A stretch of DNA of 62,931 nt, filler included, from Reticulomyxa filosa (lineage: Eukaryota; Protista; Foraminifera): assembly GCA_000512085.1 (NCBI GenBank). It is 22 parts of 22 records of this genome, joined end to end, with 100 filler letters (N's around TTAATTAATTAA, not from the genome) between each part and the next. Parts side by side here need not be neighbours in the genome. Positions count along the whole stretch, not along the records: positions 1 to 3,680 come from ASPP01027864.1; positions 3,781 to 6,285 come from ASPP01010300.1; positions 6,386 to 8,234 come from ASPP01029251.1; positions 8,335 to 10,460 come from ASPP01008077.1; positions 10,561 to 14,578 come from ASPP01012118.1; 17 more parts are not named here. One strand, written 5' to 3'. Under the pieces are notes generated by a model. The model was not told the origin of the DNA, searched no databases, and worked only from the letters and a program-made list of their open reading frames with translations. A program made the position numbers and the translations under genes. This document shows positions 1-11,476 of this stretch, piece after piece. Position 1 is the first letter of the stretch. The number at the start of each line of letters is the position of its first letter.

Positions 1-70
1 CCCCCCCAATGGCAATGTTGTTATTGATTGGTTTGAAACATGTGTGCTTTGACTTACTTATCTGTTGATA

Positions 71-535
71 GCGCGCATTCTATCTGCAAAGCGAGCAGCA
101 GATTATCCGCGATAATATTTGGCGGAGATGACTTTGCAGCGGCACTTGGGGCGGTCAGAACTCCAACCAATCACGAACTATGGTTTGCCAGAAACCAAGT
201 CTTATTGCACAGCAAAGCCAATGAACTACAGTGTATTGATATTGTAAATATTCATTTGAAAGATGAGCAAAGGTTCGAAAGAGAATGCAAAGAAGGCTTT
301 GAAATGGGGTTTGATGGCAAACAGGTCATACATCCTGAACAAGCCTGTCGCTCAAAAATTATTTAGTCCGCCAAAAGAAAAAATCGAGTGGGCACAAAAA
401 GTTGTCACAAAATTCGAGAAAGAAATTTCGGCTGGCGTTGGGGCATTCGAGATGGATGGAACTATGATCGATATGCCAACAGTCAAACAGGCTCAACACT
501 TGGTTCAAAGAGCAAAAGGTGCGGGCTTAATTTAG
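71..535 (+). CDS. CLYBL: Citrate lyase beta-subunit-like protein (CitE/CLYBL), 3' part, with an apparent frameshift near 343
   Basis: Motifs FGGDDFAAALG, CIDIV, GFEMGFDGKQVIHPEQ (ORF 40..366) continue in another frame as PVAQKLFSP...GAFEMDGTMIDMP (ORF 263..535). Probable acceptor AG at 69-70. Confidence 0.88.
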
Positions 536-1543
536 CTGTTTTACTTTGCTTTTATGTCTTCTTTTCATTTTCAGTTCCACATTACTAAACATTCTTTCTG
601 CTTACAGCATTCTATTCAATCAAAAGTTTCGTTAATAATTTTCAAGTATTAATGGGTCACATGACATATCAGTTTCAGTTTTCTTTCAAAAACATCAAAA
701 GTTTATTCATATTCGATTATTAGTTAACCTAATTAAGTGATAATATCATTCAAAATACTAGGCCACTTGATATTTAGTATTTGCAATTGAATAGTAAATT
801 TCACAAACAGAAAATAAACTTGTTTGAACAGATAACAGCAATAACGATAACGATATGTTGTCATGCAAGATACTTTAACCAAATGCGAAATGAAATGACA
901 ACAGACAGATCAAGCGTTCAAATGATTGTCATTTATTCAAAAAAGACACAAACACATTTTTGTTGTTTATATTTGAACTTTTTAAAATATGTTTATATTT
1001 TGGGCATGAACAAAAAGAAACTAAGAGGTAAATAGCTGAAAAAGATAAAAGTCAAGAACTTAAGAAGCAAGAGCGACAACTAATAAAGTAAAAAATGATA
1101 TTTATGTTAATATATTTAGATGAAACTATTGTTTATTTATTTATTACATAATGTATACTTATTTATTTTCGTATATTAACAGAAATTGAAAAATAATGGC
1201 TTTGTCGTCAAGTGGATGAATCGATAATGTTGTATGTGTGAAATATGTGAAAACATTCATTTGTAGATATGTTCATGTTATAATGTAGTAATGAATACGA
1301 TATAATCTTATTTACACATTATGGGGCTAAATATGTAAATGAATAATCTTATTAAATAGATTTACATATTATGATTTATCATAGACTATTTGATAACGTA
1401 ATAGATTTGTGTATTGAAAATAAAACAAAGTATATTAATATAATTTATATGTTTATTACAATATAAATATAATATGTTTATATGATAAAGAAATAATCAG
1501 CAAACAGCTAGTAGATGTGCATAAAAATGATAAATAAACAACA

Positions 1544-2583
1544 CAGTTGCTGTCAAAAGTGTTTAGATGTTGCAAATTTTCATTTGTTTTTTTACTTAAA
1601 TGCAAATATATCTATAATGAAAAAATATAATTTGAAAATTGATAGTAGTTATATTTTATATTATACTATATAAATATGTAATTTTTTGATTTTTCATATT
1701 GAAATTTTTTAAAAGACATAATATAAGAAAAAATTATTATGAAATCAATTGAATACAGAAAAATTAAGATTGTAGAAATTATATTAAAAAAGGATCGTCT
1801 TATCGAAAGATAAAGCAATAAACTGGAATTAGTATTGAGAAAATAAGCCAAGTTAAAAGAAAAACAATAATTTGTAATGCGAACATTTCAAAAACACAAA
1901 ATAGACGTCTAAAAAAAATGGACATTAGATTCTCAAGAAAGTTGATAGGTTTATTAGTATATGGCAAATGTTCTACGCCCACTAGAATAAAGACTGTATG
2001 ACTTGTATGGAGTCGGTTTTTTGTAAAATCGATAATAATCTAGATAATACATTGTATCAAATAATTCTAGTGGATGAACTAATGAAAATATTAGAATGAT
2101 ATCAAATGGAAAAACTTGATATTATTTTTCAACATGACAATGACCCAAAACATACATCGAAATCTACACAAGAATTGATTGCAAAAATAATATTAATGTT
2201 ATTCAGTGGCCTTCACAGTAGTCAGATATGATACGATGGAACAGCGGAATGAATTAAAACGACGTATTAGAAATCATAAAAATCACACGACATCAATCCA
2301 AAGCTTGTGGGAGATTGCTCAAGAGGAATGAGAAAAAATGACAGTAGAATTTTGTCAGAAATTAATTAGCAGTATGCCGGAAAGGGTTTTAGAACTGATG
2401 GAAAAAAGGATGTTATACAAACTGCTAGTTTTTTTTTAAGTAATGCACGTGTTGATAATTTTGGAAATTAAATAGATTATAAATTATAATATGAAAAATC
2501 AAAAAATTGCATATTTATAGAGTATAAATGCAGGATATTTTATCAGAAAATTCGCAACATCTCAATACTTTTGACAGCAACTG
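1544..2583 (+). mobile_element. Non-autonomous Tc1/mariner DNA transposon (Tc1-type), ~1.04 kb
   Basis: ~38-bp terminal inverted repeats: CAGTTGCTGTCAAAAGTGTTTAGATGTTGCAAATTTTC (1544-1581) and GAAAATTCGCAACATCTCAATACTTTTGACAGCAACTG (2546-2583). TA follows the right end; CA precedes the left. A decayed transposase lies inside. Confidence 0.92.
1995..2428 (+). pseudogene. Tc1-family DDE transposase remnant (catalytic C-terminal part; stops and frameshifts)
   Basis: Fragments read CKIDNNLDNTLYQIILVDEL, IIFQHDNDPKHTSKST, WPSQ*SDM (cf. WPSQSPDLNPIE), ELKRRI and LWEIAQEE*EKMTVEFCQKLISSMPERV. No N-terminal DNA-binding region was recognised. Confidence 0.9.
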
Positions 2584-3140
2584 TAATTTTGAAGAGAACT
2601 GACTTACAACTGAACGTATAAAAAAAAACATCTGCAAATGCATATATAATGAATAAAAATGTTATTTAAGACATATGCAAAAATCAAATTTTACAGTCTT
2701 CAAAAGAACAATAAAATGATCGAATTTATTAAAAATTTGTCTTTTAGTATAATTTCATTTTTTTAAAAAATAATGTAAAATTGAAATAAATATTTTTATT
2801 TCCAGAATCATAACTTTCAATTAATCAAAATTTAAAACTTGATATTTTTTTGATCAGTCAATAAATGAAATATTATTATAATTTGTGCAAAACAATAAAA
2901 AAATAATTTATTCTTTTTCCAGTTGGCTCTCTATATATAAAATAATTGCTTTTTTCAATCCATTTGAGACATCGAGTAACTTATACATAAATTCATAAAT
3001 AAATTGTTTTTCTTTTTCATTATGAAAAAAAAAAATCAAAAAACTCCAAATTTTAAAAAAAATAATTTTAAAAATTGAAATTAAAACAAACATTGATAAT
3101 GCCTTTCAATTCAAAAAAATTTGTAAATTTAAAAAAATTA

Positions 3141-3680
3141 TCACCAAACATAAATTTGGCCATTGCTTGAGCCATAACATAAATGAATACTACAATCATC
3201 TTTTAATTTTTGTTCATTATTATTTACTTTCTTTTTTAATAATATAAATTTAAGACAGAATATTACATCAACGTCATCACTTCCTTCGATCACATACAAT
3301 TCCTTCTTATTTGATCGAATATCACAAAAACGAATTGTATTATCTAATGATCCAGAACATATCACATTTAAATTACTACCAATATTCTTTATTACAAATG
3401 GTGAATATTCCACACACGCCACATAATCTGTATGTCCATTGAACTCTTGGATTTGTTTACCAGATCGAATATCCCACAAACGAATGCTTTTATCACTTGA
3501 TCCAGATAATATTGTATTTAATAATTCATTTGATCCATATTTTACACTATTAATCCGATCTTCATGTCCTTTGAATACATTCAATTGTTTTGTTGTTTCA
3601 ATATCCCATATTCGAATGGTATTATCATTTGATCCCGAACAAATTGTATATCCATTTCCACCAATCATACCAACATCGTT
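3141..3680 (-). CDS. WD40-repeat protein, lineage-expanded family, 3' fragment
   Basis: Repeats TICSGSNDNTIRIWD, FKGHEDRINSVKY, ILSGSSDKSIRLWD, FNGHTDYVACVEYSP. Open to the contig edge. Close paralogue at 46483-47035. Confidence 0.93.
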   Translation of the reverse strand, partial: NDVGMIGGNGYTICSGSNDNTIRIWDIETTKQLNVFKGHEDRINSVKYGSNELLNTILSGSSDKSIRLWDIRSGKQIQEFNGHTDYVACVEYSPFVIKNIGSNLNVICSGSLDNTIRFCDIRSNKKELYVIEGSDDVDVIFCLKFILLKKKVNNNEQKLKDDCSIHLCYGSSNGQIYVW

Positions 3681-3780
3681 NNNNNNNNNNNNNNNNNNNN
3701 NNNNNNNNNNNNNNNNNNNNNNNNTTAATTAATTAANNNNNNNNNNNNNNNNNNNNNNNNNNNNNNNNNNNNNNNNNNNN
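3681..3780. other. Artificial contig-joining spacer (N44-TTAATTAATTAA-N44); first of 21 identical spacers
   Basis: The same 100-nt spacer starts at 3681, 6286, 8235, 10461, 14579, 22771, 24444, 26479, 27787, 28922, 30253, 33527, 39325, 44325, 45726, 47036, 48210, 55621, 56798, 59250 and 60723. TTAATTAATTAA places stops in all six frames. Confidence 0.98.
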
Positions 3781-6285
3781 ATTGAACCAGACAAAACTAA
3801 TTTCATGCTGCACTTGTTCCAAGCGATACAAACATCGTTGGCACTCATTTTCCAAATTGTTTTTTTTATGTTGCAAGTCGCTTACTATTTTTTCTTCTTG
3901 CTCTACTTGTCGTTTTTTTTTTTTTTTTTTTTTTTTAAGAATAAAAGATATACGTACAAATATATGTATGACCTTGTGTTGCACGTTAGGACCAAACAAA
4001 TGAAAGTACCTCAAATCCAATAAAGTCTGAGAAAGTCTTCTCATGTTAATATCTTCAGTTGGACTCAAATACTTTTTGCGATCCTCGGAGACCTGTTCTC
4101 TTTCTTGATTCTTCATTTTGTTTTCTGGTTCTGGACTGAACATGTTTGCCACTTCAAACACAATCCAATGGATATATTGTTATTTGCATTGGTATTGTTA
4201 TTGAAACGAAGATACTCACATACATGCTTTAGCATTGACTTCTTCTTCTTCTTCTTCTTTTTCAGTTTGTATTTCCTCTTCATCTTGTTGTTGTTGTTGT
4301 TGCTGTTGCTGTTGCTGTTGCTGTTGTTCGGTCAGTGTGTCCGCGTATTTCGCAGCGTCGTCGTCTTCATTGGACATCTCTTTGGATGCATTGTCAAATG
4401 CGTCTTTGTGTTTGGTGGCAAAGGACAAAAAGCCGCCGTGATTGCTGTTGCTACCGCTGGTTTGGCTCAGTCGCAACTTGGATTCTTCCAATTCACGCTG
4501 CAGCACTTTTACTTCCTCCTGCAACTTCAAGTTGAACAGCTGCTCTGCCTCGAGTCTTTCCTTGCGCGTCTTCATCGAAAGCTTTGCCACTTCGAGCTGC
4601 GCCGTCGTCGATTTCTTCACATATTCCACCTCCCGGCTCTTTTGTTCCAATTTGTGCTCAAACACTGTTCCAATTTCCTATCCAATGTCACATTAACAAT
4701 ATATAAATATATATATTTATGTGTTTATGTGTATATATCAAACGTTGAGTCGCTTTTCCAATTCGACAGCTTTGAGGTGAGAAGCCTTCAATTGTGACTG
4801 TGTCAAAACCAATTCGTCTTGCAACTTCTTCATTTGCGGGGTGTGAGGAGAGTCTGTCGATGAACGGGAAATGACGGAGGGAGTGGAAGGCGATGGAGAA
4901 GGATTGGACAGTTTGGACAGCTGTTGTTGGTAGCGCGACACCTGACTCGTCAACTGTTCGTTTTGATAGATTAGCTCTTGCAAGTCCAGCTCTGCATTTT
5001 CCGCGCGCGTTATTAGGCTCGCAATCGCATTTGCATTCAGCGCCACGTTTTCTTTGTCGTTGTCAGTGGTCGAGGACGGCACTGTACTCTGTGATAGCAT
5101 CTGCGCTGTTACTTCGCGGCGCTCATCCAACTGTTTTTTCAACAATTGATATATCTTGTCTTTTTGTTGTAACTCGCATTCCATCTTTGTTATTTGTTGC
5201 TGCTGTGACTGAAGTCTTTCCTCTGTATTATATTATACATATATACACATATATAAATATATATACATATATACATATATATATATATATATGTATATAT
5301 TGTTAACCATTCGACTGTGGGACTTGGAGGTCGATTGGTACGTATACAACTACGGTGCTATCTTTTCGCAGAGGCTTGGACTCGGCCACCTCTCTCAAAA
5401 TTTCAAAGGCGTTCATCAACAGTCGGTTACGGTTTTTCACACAGTCTTGCACTTGTGTGCTCGTCTCCACAATGTCTTTGTCTAATTCTTTGCAAAGCTT
5501 TGTCGCGCGCATTTGTTCCGTCTCAAACTGTCGCAACTGCGAGCTTAATAATCGTTGTCGAATCTTTGTTTTTTTGATTAGTTTAGAATAAATCCAAATT
5601 TTGTTTTTGTTTTAATTCATATTTCATCCAAACAAAGGTGGTATGTTCACAACCTGATCCATTTCTTGAGAGTGTCTGAGAATTTGTTGGTCCGTGAACG
5701 AGCACTCCATTTCGGACATGCCATTGACAATCTTTTGCAATCGACTCACCAGCCGTTTGTATTCCTGGCGTGTTTGATCCATATCTTCGCTTATCGCCAT
5801 GGAGCCACTTTTCAACCACATAATTCAACACAAATTTTTTTTTTTTTTTTTGCAAGAAGAAGCCAAAGGCCATTCGTTGCAAAAACAAACAAACAAACAA
5901 ACAAAAAAATGAAACTTGTTTTGATAATCATGCCCCGAAAATATTTTGTTGGACTCCAAAATTTTCTCCACTTGATCAATTTGCGATTGGATTTGCAATG
6001 CTTCATTGATTTTGTTCGCAACGCTTTCGTCCGATATCAATAGCTTTTGTGACGTCGGAGTTTGTTTGCAAAGCTCCATTGTTGCTATTGTTTCAAATAC
6101 AAAAAAAGTGAATAATTCACAAAATAATAAAAATAAAATAACGAAATAATTAATCAAATAACTTGGTTTTTTGTGTTCACTCGTCCATGTCGTGTCCACC
6201 AACACTGCGTCGTGTTCCTCCGCACTCGACTCTTTTGAGTCCATTTCAAGACGGAGTGGCGACAGCGATACGTTGGAAAGCTCTT
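3781..6285 (-). CDS. Multi-exon coiled-coil protein of unknown function with poly-Q/acidic tract (partial)
   Basis: Consecutive minus-strand ORF segments (~6285-6160, 6085-5930, 5815-5650, 5565-5310, 5220-4745, 4690-4020, 3900-3795) rich in E/Q/K/L heptads, separated by AT-rich intron-like spacers. Exon limits are approximate. Confidence 0.6.
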
Positions 6286-6439
6286 NNNNNNNNNNNNNNN
6301 NNNNNNNNNNNNNNNNNNNNNNNNNNNNNTTAATTAATTAANNNNNNNNNNNNNNNNNNNNNNNNNNNNNNNNNNNNNNNNNNNNAAAAAAAAAAAAATA
6401 ATAGAATAAGTCCAAGACTAAAGAAGAAGAAGAATAAAA

Positions 6440-7720
6440 TAATGGTATTCTCACTCCTTGGATCGTGCCAGTCCAAACGTCGGACATGGTCGTTATTGGA
6501 AATACTTTCGTCACAAGAGCGACTAGAGTGGATTGGCTTTGTATTTGGAAAGAATCAATCGTGATATGGCATTATAACAGTTGGACAAGATCTCTCAAAT
6601 AAATCCCGGACAATATTGATTTTGCAGTCGGGCAGCACCAAGATCCAGTTTCCAAGATAAAAGAAAAGGAAAATGTGGTTTCGCGCAAAGTGCTAACGAT
6701 ATGAACATTACGATGTTGCAACGGCGGCAGCGACGGGATTTACTGAAGAAATAGAAAAAGATGAAGAAAAGGACATGAACGTTGTTACATGTGGCGGTCG
6801 AGTAAAACACAACATCGATGATGAGAAAGAGAAGAAAGAAAGCTCCAAGACTTCGGGAAGGACTATACAGCGTTGGATTATTATTTTTAAAAATAAAAAA
6901 AAACCTATTGTCGACTTTGCTGCGTTTAACTATGAAATGGCTCTTTACGCAAGCAACTGGCGACTTTGCGCATTCTCGGCCAATATACTGGCTTGTCATA
7001 GTGCGTCGCAATGGAAGCTGATGGAAGATTGTGAAAATGGAAATGATGACAATGACGAAATTTAGCCCATGTTCTTCATTGTCAATTGTTGCAAGATATT
7101 GGACTGGTGTTGTGTGTATGCCAATACTTGCATGCCATTTCTATATTCAATAGACTTTGGCTCGGTTTGCGCGGAAGAGCTAATGTTGCTGCGTCATCTG
7201 TTACAAAAAGCAACAATGTCGTGACTGTCGATGATCGGATCGACGGTCCAAAAGTCGCTCCATTATTTGGCGAAATAAGCCAATTAATTGCCTCAAAGTG
7301 TTGGGGGGCGCTGGGTCCTGCTGGGTGGATACTTGGGCAAGGTCAGTGCCAGCAGTCGATTGTATCATACTCACTCCATCTTCCTTCTGAAGACGTTGTT
7401 GCTGTGGATACGAATTATTTGGTTACCAAAAACAGAATCACTAGGATTCGGGAAGTGGAAGAATTTGTTATTGACAAGGCCACCACTTAAGAAATGATAG
7501 CACTATAGTGAGAGAGCCTTTCAATGTTATCAACTTCCACCGATTCCGTTTAATCGTCCAAAATGGATACTTGATGGGGCATTGCCATAACATTCGAAAG
7601 AGCTCAATTTACGGCATCACACAAACTTGTTGTTATGGTTGGTCACTTATGTGCGCCGGGCCCTTTCATGTTATACCGGACATTATAAATCGTATTTGGG
7701 TCCATCGCTTGAAAAAGTTT
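6440..7720 (+). pseudogene. Decayed member of an unidentified multicopy gene family (homologous to 60823-62240)
   Basis: Coding-like composition broken by stops and frameshifts. RWIIIFKNKKKPIVDFAAFNYEMALY/ATGDFAH aligns by eye with RWIKKKKTVGFAEFDYPELLFIVASGDFAH on the last contig. Confidence 0.6.
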
Positions 7721-8410
7721 TTATATGTACATATATATATTTTTTTATGTACACATCCAATAATTATTATACGTATATTGATTATATATTTATATGTGTT
7801 GCTTCAAATTTTTGAATAGATATTTCAAAGTGTACACTACATGAAGGTTTGGAATGCAGATGGACACGCTGTTGCTACTTACATTGCAATTAGTGCTGCA
7901 GATAGTCCCCAGCAACAACAGCAATAGTGACAAAAATGGCAACAATAGCAGCAGTATCGATGGTTACTACAGTACATGAACGTAAAAGAAGTGGGGCAAT
8001 ATCATAGTCGAACTGTTGCTGATGAAAATCTAATATGTCAAATTATAGAGCCACACTACAACACATGCAGCTGTCATTTCCTCAATGAAATTCATTTTGT
8101 TCATTATTGAACAAAAATCTATTTTAGTGACGGTGTGCATCTAGTATGGATTATGGTATTGCGCTTTGAGTGGCGTATAATTATTTTTTTAAAAAAAAGG
8201 TCCATATCAAACGTAGTGTGGTGCATGATGAATTNNNNNNNNNNNNNNNNNNNNNNNNNNNNNNNNNNNNNNNNNNNNTTAATTAATTAANNNNNNNNNN
8301 NNNNNNNNNNNNNNNNNNNNNNNNNNNNNNNNNNTATTTTTTTGTTATCAATTTTTTTGGATTCAATTAGATACAATTTCAAGTTTTTTTTTTTTAATAA
8401 AATGAATAAG

Positions 8411-10410
8411 GCAATATTCCCTCGGGCGAATCATTTGTGAGACAGTTTTTATATGGACAACGCTTCTTCGAAAAACACTTTGGACATCGGTGCGAAATCT
8501 TTTGGCTGCCCGACACATTTGGGTACAGTGCGCAACTGCCGCAAATTATTCGGCTCAGTGACATCAAATACTTTTTCACTCAAAAACTGAGTTGGAATCT
8601 GATCAATGAGTTTCCACACCATTCGTTCATTTGGGAAGGGATCGATGGCAGTAGCGTTTTGGTGCATTTTGCGCCATCCGATACTTACGTTTCTCGTTTT
8701 AAGTAATTCCCTATTGCACAAAAGAATTTTTTTTTTTTTTATACACATACTATATGAAAAAGTGAAACCATTTCCCACAACGGACGGACATACAATCCAT
8801 ATCACAGAGGGCACTGTCAAAGATGTCGTGGCATCGCGTGACGCATACAAGAACAAGGCATCCAACAATGAGAGCTTGTTGGTATTTGGTTGGGGAGATG
8901 GCGGTGGAGGGCCAACTTGGGAACATCTTGTTATGTTTATTTTATTTTATTTTTAAAAAAACAATAAAAAAAAAAATTGATGTGCAACCCTCTCTTTCTC
9001 TTTCTCTTTTTCTCTCTTGCTCTGCTTTGATTGAGACAACCGGTTTGCTCAAACTCATTTTGCAATTTTGCAAACTGTCCACACACACACTTTCAACAGG
9101 AAAGACTGAAACGCATGGAAGACGTGGACAGCATTCCCAAGGTCAGTATGACATCTCCTGTCGCCTTTTATGAGAAATTGGAAAAATCCGTCGACAAATT
9201 GCCACGATGGATTGGAGAATTGGTAACATTGAAAAAAACAACAGCAACAATACATTACCCATATCCTACATGTACATTACATATACATATATATGTATAT
9301 ATGTATATACGTATGTGTATGTATAACCTTTGAATAAATAAAAAAAAAAAAATATATATAGTACTTTGAATTGCATCGAGGTACGTATACAACCCACGCT
9401 GCAATCAAAAAAGGAAATCGACGTGGCGAGTGCTTGCTACAGCAATGCGAGTTCTTGCATAGCGTGTTGGATCTATTGGACCCAAAGGGACACGAATACC
9501 CAAAGAAGGTGATAGATCAGGCGTGGAGAGATTTGCTGCTCAATCAATTTCATGACGTGTTGCCAGGCTCGTCGATCGAGCTGGCCAATATCGATGCGCG
9601 CAATATCTACAAGCATATCGATGAAAGCATCTCCAAACTCATTCACGAAGGCCAAGTCCTACTCGCCAAGTACGCTGGCCATTTGGCAAAAAGTGTCACC
9701 GGAATGCAGACTGTCGAGGCAGATGGCTTGGTTGTCAACACATGCTCTTTCGAGCGTCATGAGTTGATCACCGTGCCAAGTGATTGGTCTCCACTTGTCG
9801 CAAAAAGTGAATTTGTGCAAAAGACATTTGACAAAAATTTATTAGGTTACTTTTTTTTTTTTTATTTAAAAAAAAAAATTGACAAACAAAAAATGTGTGA
9901 CGTTACTACTAATAGTATACGTGGAGTGTCCACCCTTTGGGATATCTTCATTGGTCCCTCACGAGTTGAAGAGCAAGGCCACGATAACAGAACACAAAAG
10001 TGACGAAACGGTAAAAATGGAAAACAACGACATACAAGTCGTTTTCAATAAGAATGGCTGTATCACTTCCTTAATCCATAAAGCTACAAAGCGAGAAGCA
10101 ATTGACAAAGGATTTGTGGGAAATGAATTTTTATTGTTTGACGACGTACCTGTATGTGACCAAAACTTCACACATACGATATATGTTATTCTCAGTTTTT
10201 AAATTGATTCATGAATTCTATGATCGAATGAACAACATTGCTATCTTTGTTTGTTTTGTTTTTGTAATGCAAGCTCTTCTGGGATGCTTGGGACGTCGAA
10301 ATATACCATTTGCAAAAGTTCAAAACACTAGCCAACAATACTAAAGATTTGAAAATTATCGAAAGAGGACCACTTCGTGTTGGTATTGAATTCACTGTTG
10401 CCATTTCCAA
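8411..10410 (+). CDS. MAN2C1: Glycoside hydrolase family 38 alpha-mannosidase (MAN2C1/Ams1-like), internal multi-exon fragment
   Basis: [89 protein letters not shown]. Splicing intron 8696-8807 restores DTYVSQGTVKDV. Confidence 0.95.
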
Positions 10411-10560
10411 GTTAAATTCAAAAGTCTAATTATTTATACTCCTCTTTTTTTTTTTTTTTTNNNNNNNNNNNNNNNNNNNNNNNNNNNNNNNNNNNNNNNN
10501 NNNNTTAATTAATTAANNNNNNNNNNNNNNNNNNNNNNNNNNNNNNNNNNNNNNNNNNNN

Positions 10561-11476
<916 letters not shown>

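Noticed and set aside
3725-3736. Regularly recurring TTAATTAATTAA palindrome as a CRISPR-like repeat or regulatory site
   Set aside because: Always centred in a 100-nt N block; it is a synthetic six-frame-stop linker, not biological sequence.
4105-4797. Long poly-Leu/Phe/Cys/Ile/Tyr ORFs (also 10509-11204, 10513-10842, 21512-21919, 62115-62429)
   Set aside because: Antisense or off-frame readings of microsatellites and homopolymers belonging to real genes on the other strand or frame.
7488-7510. In-frame TAA/TAG within coding-like sequence as evidence of a reassigned genetic code
   Set aside because: Well-conserved genes in the window (kinase, IFT80, PKD2, calmodulin-like) end at TAA and have no internal stops. 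These regions also contain frameshifts, so they are pseudogenes.
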